A stretch of DNA of 64,000 nucleotides from positions 1-64,000 of the IMG/VR virus record IMGVR_UViG_3300037470_001029; one strand, given 5' to 3'. The DNA is from a virus. Below are positions 1 to 7,724 of the stretch, in pieces (position 1 is the first letter of the stretch; every line of letters begins with the position of its first letter). The notes below the pieces were generated by a model. The model was given only the letters and a program-made list of their open reading frames with translations. It was not told the origin of the DNA and made no database searches. A program made the translations under genes and the position numbers.

Positions 1-195
1 CCCGACCGGATCCATACGGCCTACCTGACGGTCCAGCCGTGCTTCCGGTGCGCGAAGACGATGCTCAACACCGGCGCCAGGCGCCTGGTCTTCGGCGAGC
101 TGTACGCGGACGAGCCCCAGGCCCTGGAGCTTTGGCAGCGCGCCGGCCGCGAGGCCTGGCTGGGCGGCCCGGATGGCCTCCGCCGGCTTTTCTGA
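1..195 (+). CDS. dCMP deaminase, C-terminal part (5' truncated by window edge)
   Basis: Not in ORF track. Frame 1 reads PDRIHTAYLTVQPCFRCAKTMLNTGARRLVFGELY...RRLF*; the PCxxC Zn motif and flanks match cytidine/dCMP deaminases. Confidence 0.8.
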   Translation, partial: PDRIHTAYLTVQPCFRCAKTMLNTGARRLVFGELYADEPQALELWQRAGREAWLGGPDGLRRLF

Positions 196-352
196 GCGCA
201 GGCCCGCGGCGAGTCCCCGCCGCTGCCTGCTGCCCGGGCAGGCCGTTTTCCCGGCGGACGCGGCGGGGGAGCCCGAAGGCCGAAAGGTTTTTGATTTCGG
301 GCTCCGCCGCCGGGGCTACGGCGGAGACCCGCTTGCCTTGGTGCCGCGGGCT

Positions 353-370
353 TATATAGAGCTATATAAT
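353..370 (+). promoter_or_regulatory. possible -10 box overlapped by an inverted repeat
   Basis: TATAAT at 365-370; TATATAG-AG-CTATATA at 353-368; no clear -35. Confidence 0.35.
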
Positions 371-420
371 TTCAGTGCTGCCCTTCGTAGGCAGCTTCTA
401 ACTGGGAAGGAGTCTGCAAA

Positions 421-603
421 ATGAGTGCACCGAAATTCGCCAACAAGGTCCAGATCGTCGGCCGGCAGATAGACATCTACGCTCCGACGAACGTCGCCAA
501 GACCTTCGACCGCGTCCGCAAACAGCAAAAGGCCGAGGCCGAGGCCAAGGCGAAGATCCGGCAGGAGCAGGACTTGAAGGTCCGCAAGCTCGGGGTCAAA
601 TAA
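421..603 (+). CDS. hypothetical protein
   Basis: 60-aa ORF with AAGGAG RBS. Confidence 0.65.
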   Translation: MSAPKFANKVQIVGRQIDIYAPTNVAKTFDRVRKQQKAEAEAKAKIRQEQDLKVRKLGVK

Positions 604-607
604 AAAA

Positions 608-1024
608 ATGAGCGGCAGCGCCGCCACCCGCAAGGCTTACCAGTTCCACTGGCGTCTCAACGAGATGAGCGCGGCCCTTCGCCGCGACCGTCCGATCGGC
701 GAGCTTCGCGAGCTCGCGCGGAGGATCTGGCGGGAGGAAGGGACTTCCATCCCATTCCCTAACATTGTCTGCGGCCGCGGGTGGGAGCTGGAGTACTGGA
801 AGCTGTGCAGCTACGTCGAGGCGCTCGTCCCGGCGCGGATCGTGCTCTCCAGGGACATGCGCTCCGTGCTGGTGCTGATCCACGAGCTGGCGCACGTGCT
901 CGGGCCTTGGGATAAGCTGGACCACGGCCCCGCCTTCCAGGCTCGAAACTTCCACCTGCTCTCCAGGTACGGCGGCGCGTCGCCTGCCGACCTGATCGCA
1001 GCGGCCCTCGAGGCCAGGCTTTAG
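608..1024 (+). CDS. SprT/YgjP-like zinc metallopeptidase-fold protein
   Basis: VLIHELAH...DHGPAF (HExxH plus a downstream His). Confidence 0.6.
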   Translation: MSGSAATRKAYQFHWRLNEMSAALRRDRPIGELRELARRIWREEGTSIPFPNIVCGRGWELEYWKLCSYVEALVPARIVLSRDMRSVLVLIHELAHVLGPWDKLDHGPAFQARNFHLLSRYGGASPADLIAAALEARL

Positions 1025-1026
1025 CC

Positions 1027-1506
1027 CTACGGGCGGCAGGCAGGGTCCACGACGGCGACGGCCAGGGGAGGCCGGCCGGCAATCTCCACGGTGCACGCCC
1101 CCGAGGTAACGCCCGGCAGCGCGCTGACGCTCGGGACCGTCTGCGGGGACGCGGCGCCGTCGCCGTAGATCACGGCGGGCGTCGACAGCACGCAAGGCCC
1201 GCTCGTCACCTTCAGCTCGGCGCTCAGCGGGCCGTTCGCCCCGCCGGCCCTCACGAAGGGAAGCTGCCCGACGGAGCCGTAGTTGAACTCCGTCGCGGCC
1301 TTGCTGAAGCCGATCACGCCGGCGGCCAGCAGGTTGGGGCCGCACGGGATGTCGGCTGCCCCGTCGGGCGTGACCGTGACGTCGCCGGTGCGCTCGCATT
1401 CGTGGATCAGAATGCCGGCGGCGTCGAACATCCTGACCCGGGCCGCGGCTGCGTCTGAGCTGAATGCCAGGAGCAGGGCGGCAACCGCAGAGGCGGTCTT
1501 GTTCAT
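1027..1506 (-). CDS. putative secreted protein
   Basis: Sec-type signal MNKTASAVAALLLAFSSDAAAA; several Cys; beta-rich. Confidence 0.6.
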   Translation of the reverse strand: MNKTASAVAALLLAFSSDAAAARVRMFDAAGILIHECERTGDVTVTPDGAADIPCGPNLLAAGVIGFSKAATEFNYGSVGQLPFVRAGGANGPLSAELKVTSGPCVLSTPAVIYGDGAASPQTVPSVSALPGVTSGACTVEIAGRPPLAVAVVDPACRP

Positions 1507-1508
1507 GG

Positions 1509-2324
1509 TCAGCGTCCCGTGAGCCGCTTGCCGGCCGCGCGGTAGGCATCCGCCATCCCGTTCTCCTTGATCCCTTGGTACGTGTTACCGCGGTCCTCCA
1601 CGGACTGCCACAGGAAAGGCACGACGGCGACCACGACCGGGTTGGCGTGCGCGTAGTCCTCGAAGCACGCCGGGTCTTGCCGCCACGGCGAGCCCCCGCC
1701 TGGAATGATCATCAAGCGCTGGGTCAACGTCATGGCGCCGCGCAGGGACGCAGTTGCTTGCCCGAGCACGCCGCAGCCGCTGTCGTAGTCGTCGCAGCCG
1801 ACCCAGTCGAACGTGTGAAGGCCAGGGCGCATCCCCGACTTGCAGGCGTAGAACACCGCCAGCTTGGTGTCCTTCATCTCCGGGAACCGGGCGAGCGACC
1901 GGCGCAGCATCGCGCTCGCCTCGACGACGAAAGACTCCTGGAGATCCATCAAGTCCGGCTCGTCGAAGTAGTAGAGCGCCGCAACGGGGCCGAGCAGGTC
2001 CAGGTTCTTGAGCCGCTCCAGGAAGGCGGAGACCTGCTCCTCCGTCATGCCGTGCCACAGCATGAGCACGACGCGCTGCCCGGCGGCCTTAGCCGCCCTG
2101 ATCCCTTCGACCTGCGCCGGCTCCCCGTAGCCGAACGTCGCCCAATAGAGGTTCGCGTGGTCGGCCGTCTCCGAGGCCGCGGCGGCGTTTCCCCAGTAGT
2201 AGCCGAGCAGCACATCGGTGCGCTTCGCCACCGGTGGTTGGGGGATCGGGTCCGGGCGGGAACCGCCGCCGCCCCCGCAGCCTGCGACCAGCAACAAGAT
2301 GACTGCTACTAGCAACGGTTTCAT
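1509..2324 (-). CDS. lipoprotein with putative glycoside-hydrolase-like TIM barrel
   Basis: Start reassigned to ATG 2324 (AAAGGAG RBS). Lipobox LVAGC, G/P linker, ALYYFDEPD and DWVGCDDY motifs. Confidence 0.6.
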   Translation of the reverse strand: MKPLLVAVILLLVAGCGGGGGSRPDPIPQPPVAKRTDVLLGYYWGNAAAASETADHANLYWATFGYGEPAQVEGIRAAKAAGQRVVLMLWHGMTEEQVSAFLERLKNLDLLGPVAALYYFDEPDLMDLQESFVVEASAMLRRSLARFPEMKDTKLAVFYACKSGMRPGLHTFDWVGCDDYDSGCGVLGQATASLRGAMTLTQRLMIIPGGGSPWRQDPACFEDYAHANPVVVAVVPFLWQSVEDRGNTYQGIKENGMADAYRAAGKRLTGR

Positions 2325-2719
2325 TTCGCTTCTCCTTTGGAAATCATCGTGTGGATGGCTATACGCCCACCGCAATGAGGGCACGTATTCGGCCGGCGCT
2401 GGCTGTACGTGCGGGTGCCGATCTTCAATCGGCGGACAATCTCGCTGATACGTGAACGGCTGATATGCACTTTTTCCGAGACCTCGGCCTGGGTCAATCC
2501 TTGATCGAACAGCGGGGAGAGCAGGTCTACCCACTGCTGGTCGGCCCATATCCGCCTCTTCCTGGTGCTCTCCTTCTGCTTCTTGGGGAAAGCCTTCTCG
2601 ATCAGCTCCACGATGTGATCTGATTGCTCGGGAGCAGCAGGCGGTGGCGATGTGACCACGGCTAAATGACGAGGAGCTTTTGGCTCCTCGTCACTGATCC
2701 GATGGACCCTGCGGATCAC
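2321..2719 (-). CDS. HTH DNA-binding protein with C-terminal CxxC
   Basis: GLTQAEVSEKVHISRSRISEIVRR; CPHCGG; overlaps both neighbours by 4 nt. Confidence 0.6.
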   Translation of the reverse strand: MIRRVHRISDEEPKAPRHLAVVTSPPPAAPEQSDHIVELIEKAFPKKQKESTRKRRIWADQQWVDLLSPLFDQGLTQAEVSEKVHISRSRISEIVRRLKIGTRTYSQRRPNTCPHCGGRIAIHTMISKGEAK

Positions 2720-2916
2720 CGGCCTTCGGCGCGTGCCTTGGCGATTGCTGCCTCGAGGTTGGTGCGCGCGGCATCGTCATCGCGGGCGAGCTGGTCCAGC
2801 TCGGCGGTGGAAATGTCGCGGCCCTCGGAAACGGCGTTCTTGATCAGGGCGCCGATGGCACCGGCGCGGTCCATCAGCGCGGTGAGCAGTTGGATGGCGA
2901 TCAGTACGTTTCCCAT
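2716..2916 (-). CDS. small lysis-cassette protein (possible spanin component)
   Basis: 66 aa, AAGGAG RBS, amphipathic; directly follows a lipoprotein gene. Confidence 0.55.
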   Translation of the reverse strand: MGNVLIAIQLLTALMDRAGAIGALIKNAVSEGRDISTAELDQLARDDDAARTNLEAAIAKARAEGR

Positions 2917-2950
2917 GTGCTTCTCCTTTTCAGGTGTGGTGTGGTGGAAC

Positions 2951-3298
2951 TTAGCTGCCGGCGCGCGTGGCGAGGTAGTTCGCCAGGGCGTTCAGCGCGA
3001 TCATAACGCTGTTGAGCTTGGCGTCGCCCGCCTTGGGATCCAGGGTGCTGATCTTGCGCGCCGTCTCGATCCCGACCCTGGCGACGTCCGCGCTGATCTG
3101 GACGTTGGCCGCGTCGTCGCTGCTGATCTTCTTGACCTCGAGCAGTTGGGTCGCCGTGGTGCGGACCTGCGTCACCGTGGCGTAGGCGACGGCGACCTTC
3201 TGGTTGAACGTTTCGGGCTTCGGGATGCCGAGCTGGGCGCAGGACGCCAGCGCGAACGCGAAGATCAACAGGGTGAAGCTGCGGTAGATCTGTCTCAT
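2951..3298 (-). CDS. lipoprotein (possible spanin component)
   Basis: Start ATG 3298; MRQIYRSFTLLIFAFALASC lipobox; helical; follows holin. Confidence 0.65.
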   Translation of the reverse strand: MRQIYRSFTLLIFAFALASCAQLGIPKPETFNQKVAVAYATVTQVRTTATQLLEVKKISSDDAANVQISADVARVGIETARKISTLDPKAGDAKLNSVMIALNALANYLATRAGS

Positions 3299-3696
3299 TT
3301 CACTTCTCCTTTGGGAGGTTTGTCGACTACGTCTGCTGCGGGAACGACCCCGTCCGGATTCTCGGGGCCGGGTGTTACTACGGGCACTTCGGCTTTTGGC
3401 GATGCGGCGGCGACCACGCGCTCGCTCACGACGCTCGGAGCCAGCGGGGAGGCCGCGGCCATGTTGCTGATCGCATCGTCCTTCGCCTTCGAGCCGCGCG
3501 TGGTTCCGAACTCGAATGCGTAGACGTTGTCCACGTAGCCGAGGAAGCGCCCGAGGATGATCGTGATGATCCCCTTGGCGAACTCGTCCGTGATGGTCAG
3601 AAGGACCACCATCACGAGGCACAGGATCACGACCACGAACGCCGCGGCGGCCAGGATGTTGACGCGCCAGTTCTTGTACACAGTCTTCTCGTCCAT
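3295..3696 (-). CDS. putative holin
   Basis: Start ATG 3696 coupled to endolysin stop; two hydrophobic segments then FEFGTTRGSKAKD (FG[ST][ST]xGSxxKD holin-like motif). Confidence 0.6.
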   Translation of the reverse strand: MDEKTVYKNWRVNILAAAAFVVVILCLVMVVLLTITDEFAKGIITIILGRFLGYVDNVYAFEFGTTRGSKAKDDAISNMAAASPLAPSVVSERVVAAASPKAEVPVVTPGPENPDGVVPAADVVDKPPKGEVK

Positions 3697-4211
3697 CAGG
3701 AATCCTCCGCCCCGTACATCAGGTTGCCGGCGATCCGGCGAGCCCACCCCTTGCTCGCGTCCACCCAGTTGCTGCGGTAGGTGAGCCAGTCGAGCCGCTT
3801 GGCGTTGAGCCGCATGATCTGACGATGCTCAAGCATTGTGTCGGCCGCGGCCTGGCTGATCGGCCCCCAGATACCGTCGTCGGAGACGCCGAGCGCCTTC
3901 TGGAAGACGCGGATCGCGTTGCCGTAACCGCTGTGATACGCGAAGTCAGAGAGCTGGTAGGCGACGCCGTCGTAGAGCTTGTCGCCGTGGATCTTCGTCC
4001 AGAAGTCGCGGCTCCACAGGAACTTGGCGCGCTTGACGGTCAGGCCGGCGATGTTCTCGCGAGGGTACGTCGCGGAGCTGATCCCGTACTTCGTCCCCTT
4101 GAGGACACCGACGCCGATAGCACCACCGGTCCAATTGCCGGGGTCCTTCGGGTTCATGCTCAGGCCACCCTCGTGGAGCATCAACCGGTCGAATGCCATG
4201 TCGACGTTCAT
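3696..4211 (-). CDS. endolysin, glycoside hydrolase family 108 with C-terminal PG-binding region
   Basis: HEGG...DPGNWTGG...GTKYGIS; DGIWGP; KGWARRIA. Confidence 0.9.
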   Translation of the reverse strand: MNVDMAFDRLMLHEGGLSMNPKDPGNWTGGAIGVGVLKGTKYGISSATYPRENIAGLTVKRAKFLWSRDFWTKIHGDKLYDGVAYQLSDFAYHSGYGNAIRVFQKALGVSDDGIWGPISQAAADTMLEHRQIMRLNAKRLDWLTYRSNWVDASKGWARRIAGNLMYGAEDS

Positions 4212-4456
4212 GGAAGTGGAGCTCTCATCAGCGGGATGCGCTCGCGGATGTCATCGAGCTTCGCCGAGATAGCACGCAGCTCCGCGCGGATCTCTATCCG
4301 CTCCCGCTCCAGGTTCTCCACGCGACTGTCGACGCGAGCCGCCCACGCAATCAGCGGGATGGTCATCACCACCAGCCCAAGCGTGACCCGGCTGTTGATG
4401 GAGATCGGGTGGTCGGGGCGCTTCGTCGCGGGGCAGTCATCGGGCAGCGGCGACAT
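4208..4456 (-). CDS. single-TM coiled-coil protein (holin/antiholin-like)
   Basis: Start ATG 4456 with AAGGAG; one TM then coiled coil; upstream of endolysin. Confidence 0.55.
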   Translation of the reverse strand: MSPLPDDCPATKRPDHPISINSRVTLGLVVMTIPLIAWAARVDSRVENLERERIEIRAELRAISAKLDDIRERIPLMRAPLP

Positions 4457-4522
4457 TTCTTCTCCTTGCTGGCGAGCGGGCATTGCGAAACGCCCTGTGA
4501 ACACGAGCGCGGCGGCGGTAGT

Positions 4523-4681
4523 TCACAGCTTGCCCGCGAGCACAAGGACAAGCAGGATGACGACGACGATCACCAGCGCCCCGCTCGGGCCATATCCCCA
4601 GCCCTGGCTGTGCGGCCACGTCGGGATGACGCCTATCACGACCAGAATGAGGACGATCAGCAGGACGGTTCCGATGCTCAT
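4523..4681 (-). CDS. DUF3309-family small membrane protein
   Basis: MSIGTVLLIVLILVVIGVIPTWPHSQGWGYGPSG signature; start ATG 4681. Confidence 0.85.
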   Translation of the reverse strand: MSIGTVLLIVLILVVIGVIPTWPHSQGWGYGPSGALVIVVVILLVLVLAGKL

Positions 4682-5256
4682 TTGATGCTCCTTTCGGTCT
4701 GGGAGGCGCTTCTCTCGGTGGTAACGGATTGCGATGGACTTTGCGACGGAACGTAGATTACCTGCGGAGCAGGTACTGGCAGCGGTTGCGGCGCCGGATT
4801 CCTTATCAGGACGAACGCGGCAACGAGAACGCCGAACAGGCCGAACGCGGCGCCAAGCGTCGCGAAGATATAACCCCACGTCTTGTCGGTGCCGGTGTCC
4901 TTCCCGCGCTGCGCGGCGACGAATTCGACCAGCGGCCGGATGATCTCTTCGAGCCGGCTGACGGCAGCTTCAAGATCGGTTTTCGACGCGTACTCTAACC
5001 TCTCCCGGCCAAGCTGTTCGCGCAGCTCGTTCGCCTTCTCGTCCTTGTAAGTCTGAATCTCGCGGGCGAGTTGGAGAGCCTCGGCGCGAGCTGTCTTCTC
5101 GATCTCCAGCGCCTTCTCGCGCTCCGTAGCGACCTCGGCGTAGCGGCGGTCGCGCTCATGCTGAAACTTCTCCTCGGACAAACGGAGCGCCTCGTTATGG
5201 ACCCGGTAAGTGTCCACCGTCCATCCGCTGATGTCGCGCTCCGTTTCACCGGTCAT
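4678..5256 (-). CDS. coiled-coil protein with C-terminal TM
   Basis: Start ATG 5256; GWTVDT...ERDRRY coiled coil; hydrophobic WGYIFATLGAAFGLFGVLVAAFVLI. Confidence 0.65.
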   Translation of the reverse strand: MTGETERDISGWTVDTYRVHNEALRLSEEKFQHERDRRYAEVATEREKALEIEKTARAEALQLAREIQTYKDEKANELREQLGRERLEYASKTDLEAAVSRLEEIIRPLVEFVAAQRGKDTGTDKTWGYIFATLGAAFGLFGVLVAAFVLIRNPAPQPLPVPAPQVIYVPSQSPSQSVTTERSASQTERSIK

Positions 5257-5257
5257 G

Positions 5258-5563
5258 TCAACCCCCTTGGTCGACTCTTGAGACATACTCGGCAAGCTTC
5301 GCTGCATTCATGGCGGTGATCACGTCGAGCATCAGCAGGGAGAACGTCTGCGCCTGCTGCGCAGCGGTATCCCCACCCTGGATGTCGATGAAGCCGAGCT
5401 CCTTGGCGACGTGCGCCCAGTCGAAAGGCGAAGGGCCAGCCATCTGCGTCATCACCAGCTCGAGGCGCTTGCTCAACTGCTGGGCCTTGTAGATCGTGTC
5501 GGCGAGCTCCACCGAGAGCTTGCCGTGCGGAGTGGCGGGATTGACCAACAGTCGATTCATCAT
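5258..5563 (-). CDS. hypothetical protein
   Basis: 101-aa ORF in tightly packed operon. Confidence 0.6.
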   Translation of the reverse strand: MMNRLLVNPATPHGKLSVELADTIYKAQQLSKRLELVMTQMAGPSPFDWAHVAKELGFIDIQGGDTAAQQAQTFSLLMLDVITAMNAAKLAEYVSRVDQGG

Positions 5564-5832
5564 TTGACGAGTCCTTTATCCAGTAGAGCCTTCAGCGTCG
5601 GATTGGTCTTTGCCTCCTCTTCCAGTCGACGACGATCGAGCGCGGCGCCGGCCTTGACGAAATCGAACTGCGCTGCCGGGGGCGTAACGACAACTGGAGC
5701 CGGCATCGGGTCCGGCACGTTGTGCTCTCCAAGCCATGCCTGGTACTGCTTCCACTCCGCCATCTTCGGCGTGATTACCAGGCCAGATGGGCGGTGGAAG
5801 ACGCCGACCATGCGCAGTTCGTAATCGGCCAT
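5560..5832 (-). CDS. tail fibre assembly/chaperone-like protein
   Basis: Start ATG 5832; EWKQYQAWLGEHNVPDP motif typical of small fibre-associated proteins. Confidence 0.5.
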   Translation of the reverse strand: MADYELRMVGVFHRPSGLVITPKMAEWKQYQAWLGEHNVPDPMPAPVVVTPPAAQFDFVKAGAALDRRRLEEEAKTNPTLKALLDKGLVK

Positions 5833-6755
5833 CACACGACCCCTCCCTTGACCTGCGACGCGTTGTTGCCGCCGAGCCAGGTGATGACGACGCCGTTGGT
5901 GCCGATCGCCAGACCTGTGGAACCGCCAGCGCCCGCATCGTATGTACCCGAGCCGCTCTGTCCGCTCTCCCCGCACATCCCGCCGTTGCCGGCGTTATGC
6001 CCACCGAAGCCGTAAAAAGTCTCGTCGCCAGAGGAACCTGTTTGATCGGGTTCGAGTGCATTAGACGGTGCCCCTCCCTGACCACCAACGAGTCCTTGCC
6101 CGCCACCGCCGCCGCCAATAGTGCGCTCCAAACCGGTTGTCCATCCACCTCCGCCGCCTCCGCCGCCTCCACCCCAGATGTAGCCGTTCGTATTGTCTAT
6201 GGAAAGACCTGACGGGCACGTGGTGAGGGCGATGGCCCGAACACCGAGCCCGGCGCCAGAAAACGCAGCTCCACCGCCGCCGCCCTGGCCCATGATGTTG
6301 CCGTTATTGATCAGCCTCAGGTCGCTGCCAACGGAGAACGTCGCCCAGACCATCGAGTAATCGGTCACGCCGGGAGAGGCTTCATTCCCGACGTATATGC
6401 CGGAGTTCACGGTGACCCAGATGCGGGCCGGCGTGCCCGACACCCACCCGGCGACCTGCGCGGCAGCATTCACGTCGTAGCGATAGGAGGTCGACGCGAT
6501 GGTGAGCAGGAAGGTAGGTAGCCCGCCGCCGCGCGCCATCTTCATCATGCCGAAGCCGACGAACATCCCGTGCTGGAAGATGACCGTGAACCGGTCGGCC
6601 TGCGCCCACCCGGCCTTCTCCCGGTACTCGGCGACCAGCCGCTGCTCCGGCGGCATGGCGGCATGCACCAGCGACGGCAGCAGCACCGGGACCGTGAGAA
6701 GCGCGGCGGCGATGCGCCTCGCGCAGCGCGCGCGGACCTTGTCGATGGTGCTCAT
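5832..6755 (-). CDS. glycine-rich receptor-recognition protein (T-even gp38-like polyglycine motifs)
   Basis: Start ATG 6755; INNGNIMGQGGGGG, IDNTNGYIWGGGGGGGGGG. Confidence 0.55.
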   Translation of the reverse strand: MSTIDKVRARCARRIAAALLTVPVLLPSLVHAAMPPEQRLVAEYREKAGWAQADRFTVIFQHGMFVGFGMMKMARGGGLPTFLLTIASTSYRYDVNAAAQVAGWVSGTPARIWVTVNSGIYVGNEASPGVTDYSMVWATFSVGSDLRLINNGNIMGQGGGGGAAFSGAGLGVRAIALTTCPSGLSIDNTNGYIWGGGGGGGGGGWTTGLERTIGGGGGGQGLVGGQGGAPSNALEPDQTGSSGDETFYGFGGHNAGNGGMCGESGQSGSGTYDAGAGGSTGLAIGTNGVVITWLGGNNASQVKGGVV

Positions 6756-7723
6756 CCGCGCTTGCCCATGTGCATGACGTCCCAGACGGTCCCGCCGTCG
6801 CGCGTCGTCGCCGAGAACAGGTTGCGGCCAGCGGCCTCGAGAGTCGTGTCGTTCGGTCGATTGGACGAGCCGCCCATCCACTTAAAGGACGCCGGCCAGG
6901 TGATGCGGCCGTCGATGTCGCGGTCGCCGTTGATGATCTCGAACATGATGGTCTGAGACTTTCCGGCCGCCGGCGGGTTGGAGACGGCGACCGTCATGGT
7001 GTGTGAGAGCGTCGCGCTCGGCGTCATCGCGAAGTGGCCGTACAGGGAGGCGTTCATCGTCGCTGTGGCGCCGTTGCCGATCGCTCCGAGGTCGACGAAG
7101 TTCTCACGGACCCGCGTGGCATCGACCGGCACGGCCGTGCTGTTTCCGACCCCGGTAGAGCCGTTGAAGCTCGACGTGCCGGCGATCGCCATCGCCGTCA
7201 GGCTCGCCGTCGATGCAGAGCCGAGCCCGTGCACCGAGGTTCCTGTGGCGGCGACGTGCGTCGCCAGGCCGGCTACGACGCGCAGGCACTTCGCCCAGAT
7301 CTCGAAGATCAGCGTGGTGATCCCGCCGCTGAAGGTCGTCACCGTGATGTTGTCGTTGGCGTCGAACGTGTTCGACTGCGTGGATCCCATCTGCGTCCAC
7401 ACCGCGGACTCCGGTGTCGCGTTCCAGTCGGCGCCGCTCGTCCAGAACCAGCCGACGGTCAGCGGCTGCACCGTGCCCGTGCCGCCCCAGGTCATCTGCA
7501 TCTTGAAGCCGATGGAGAGCGTGGCGTTCATCCAGTAGAGCCGCTGCGGACGGTCGACGCCGGGGCCGGTGCCCGTCACGCGCGACTGCACCCACCCCGG
7601 GATGCGCCCGGTGATCACGCCGTCGCGCAGGGCGCGCAGGTCGTTCAGCGCGCTGGTCGAGAACGGCGTCGGTGCTTGTGAGGCCTGCGGGTTTGCTGAG
7701 TCGAATTCGGTGTAGGCGGGCAT
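6752..7723 (-). CDS. minor tail/fibre-associated virion protein
   Basis: 323 aa, beta-rich, ITWPASFKW motif; follows tail-tip gene. Confidence 0.6.
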   Translation of the reverse strand: MPAYTEFDSANPQASQAPTPFSTSALNDLRALRDGVITGRIPGWVQSRVTGTGPGVDRPQRLYWMNATLSIGFKMQMTWGGTGTVQPLTVGWFWTSGADWNATPESAVWTQMGSTQSNTFDANDNITVTTFSGGITTLIFEIWAKCLRVVAGLATHVAATGTSVHGLGSASTASLTAMAIAGTSSFNGSTGVGNSTAVPVDATRVRENFVDLGAIGNGATATMNASLYGHFAMTPSATLSHTMTVAVSNPPAAGKSQTIMFEIINGDRDIDGRITWPASFKWMGGSSNRPNDTTLEAAGRNLFSATTRDGGTVWDVMHMGKRG

Positions 7724-7724
7724 T

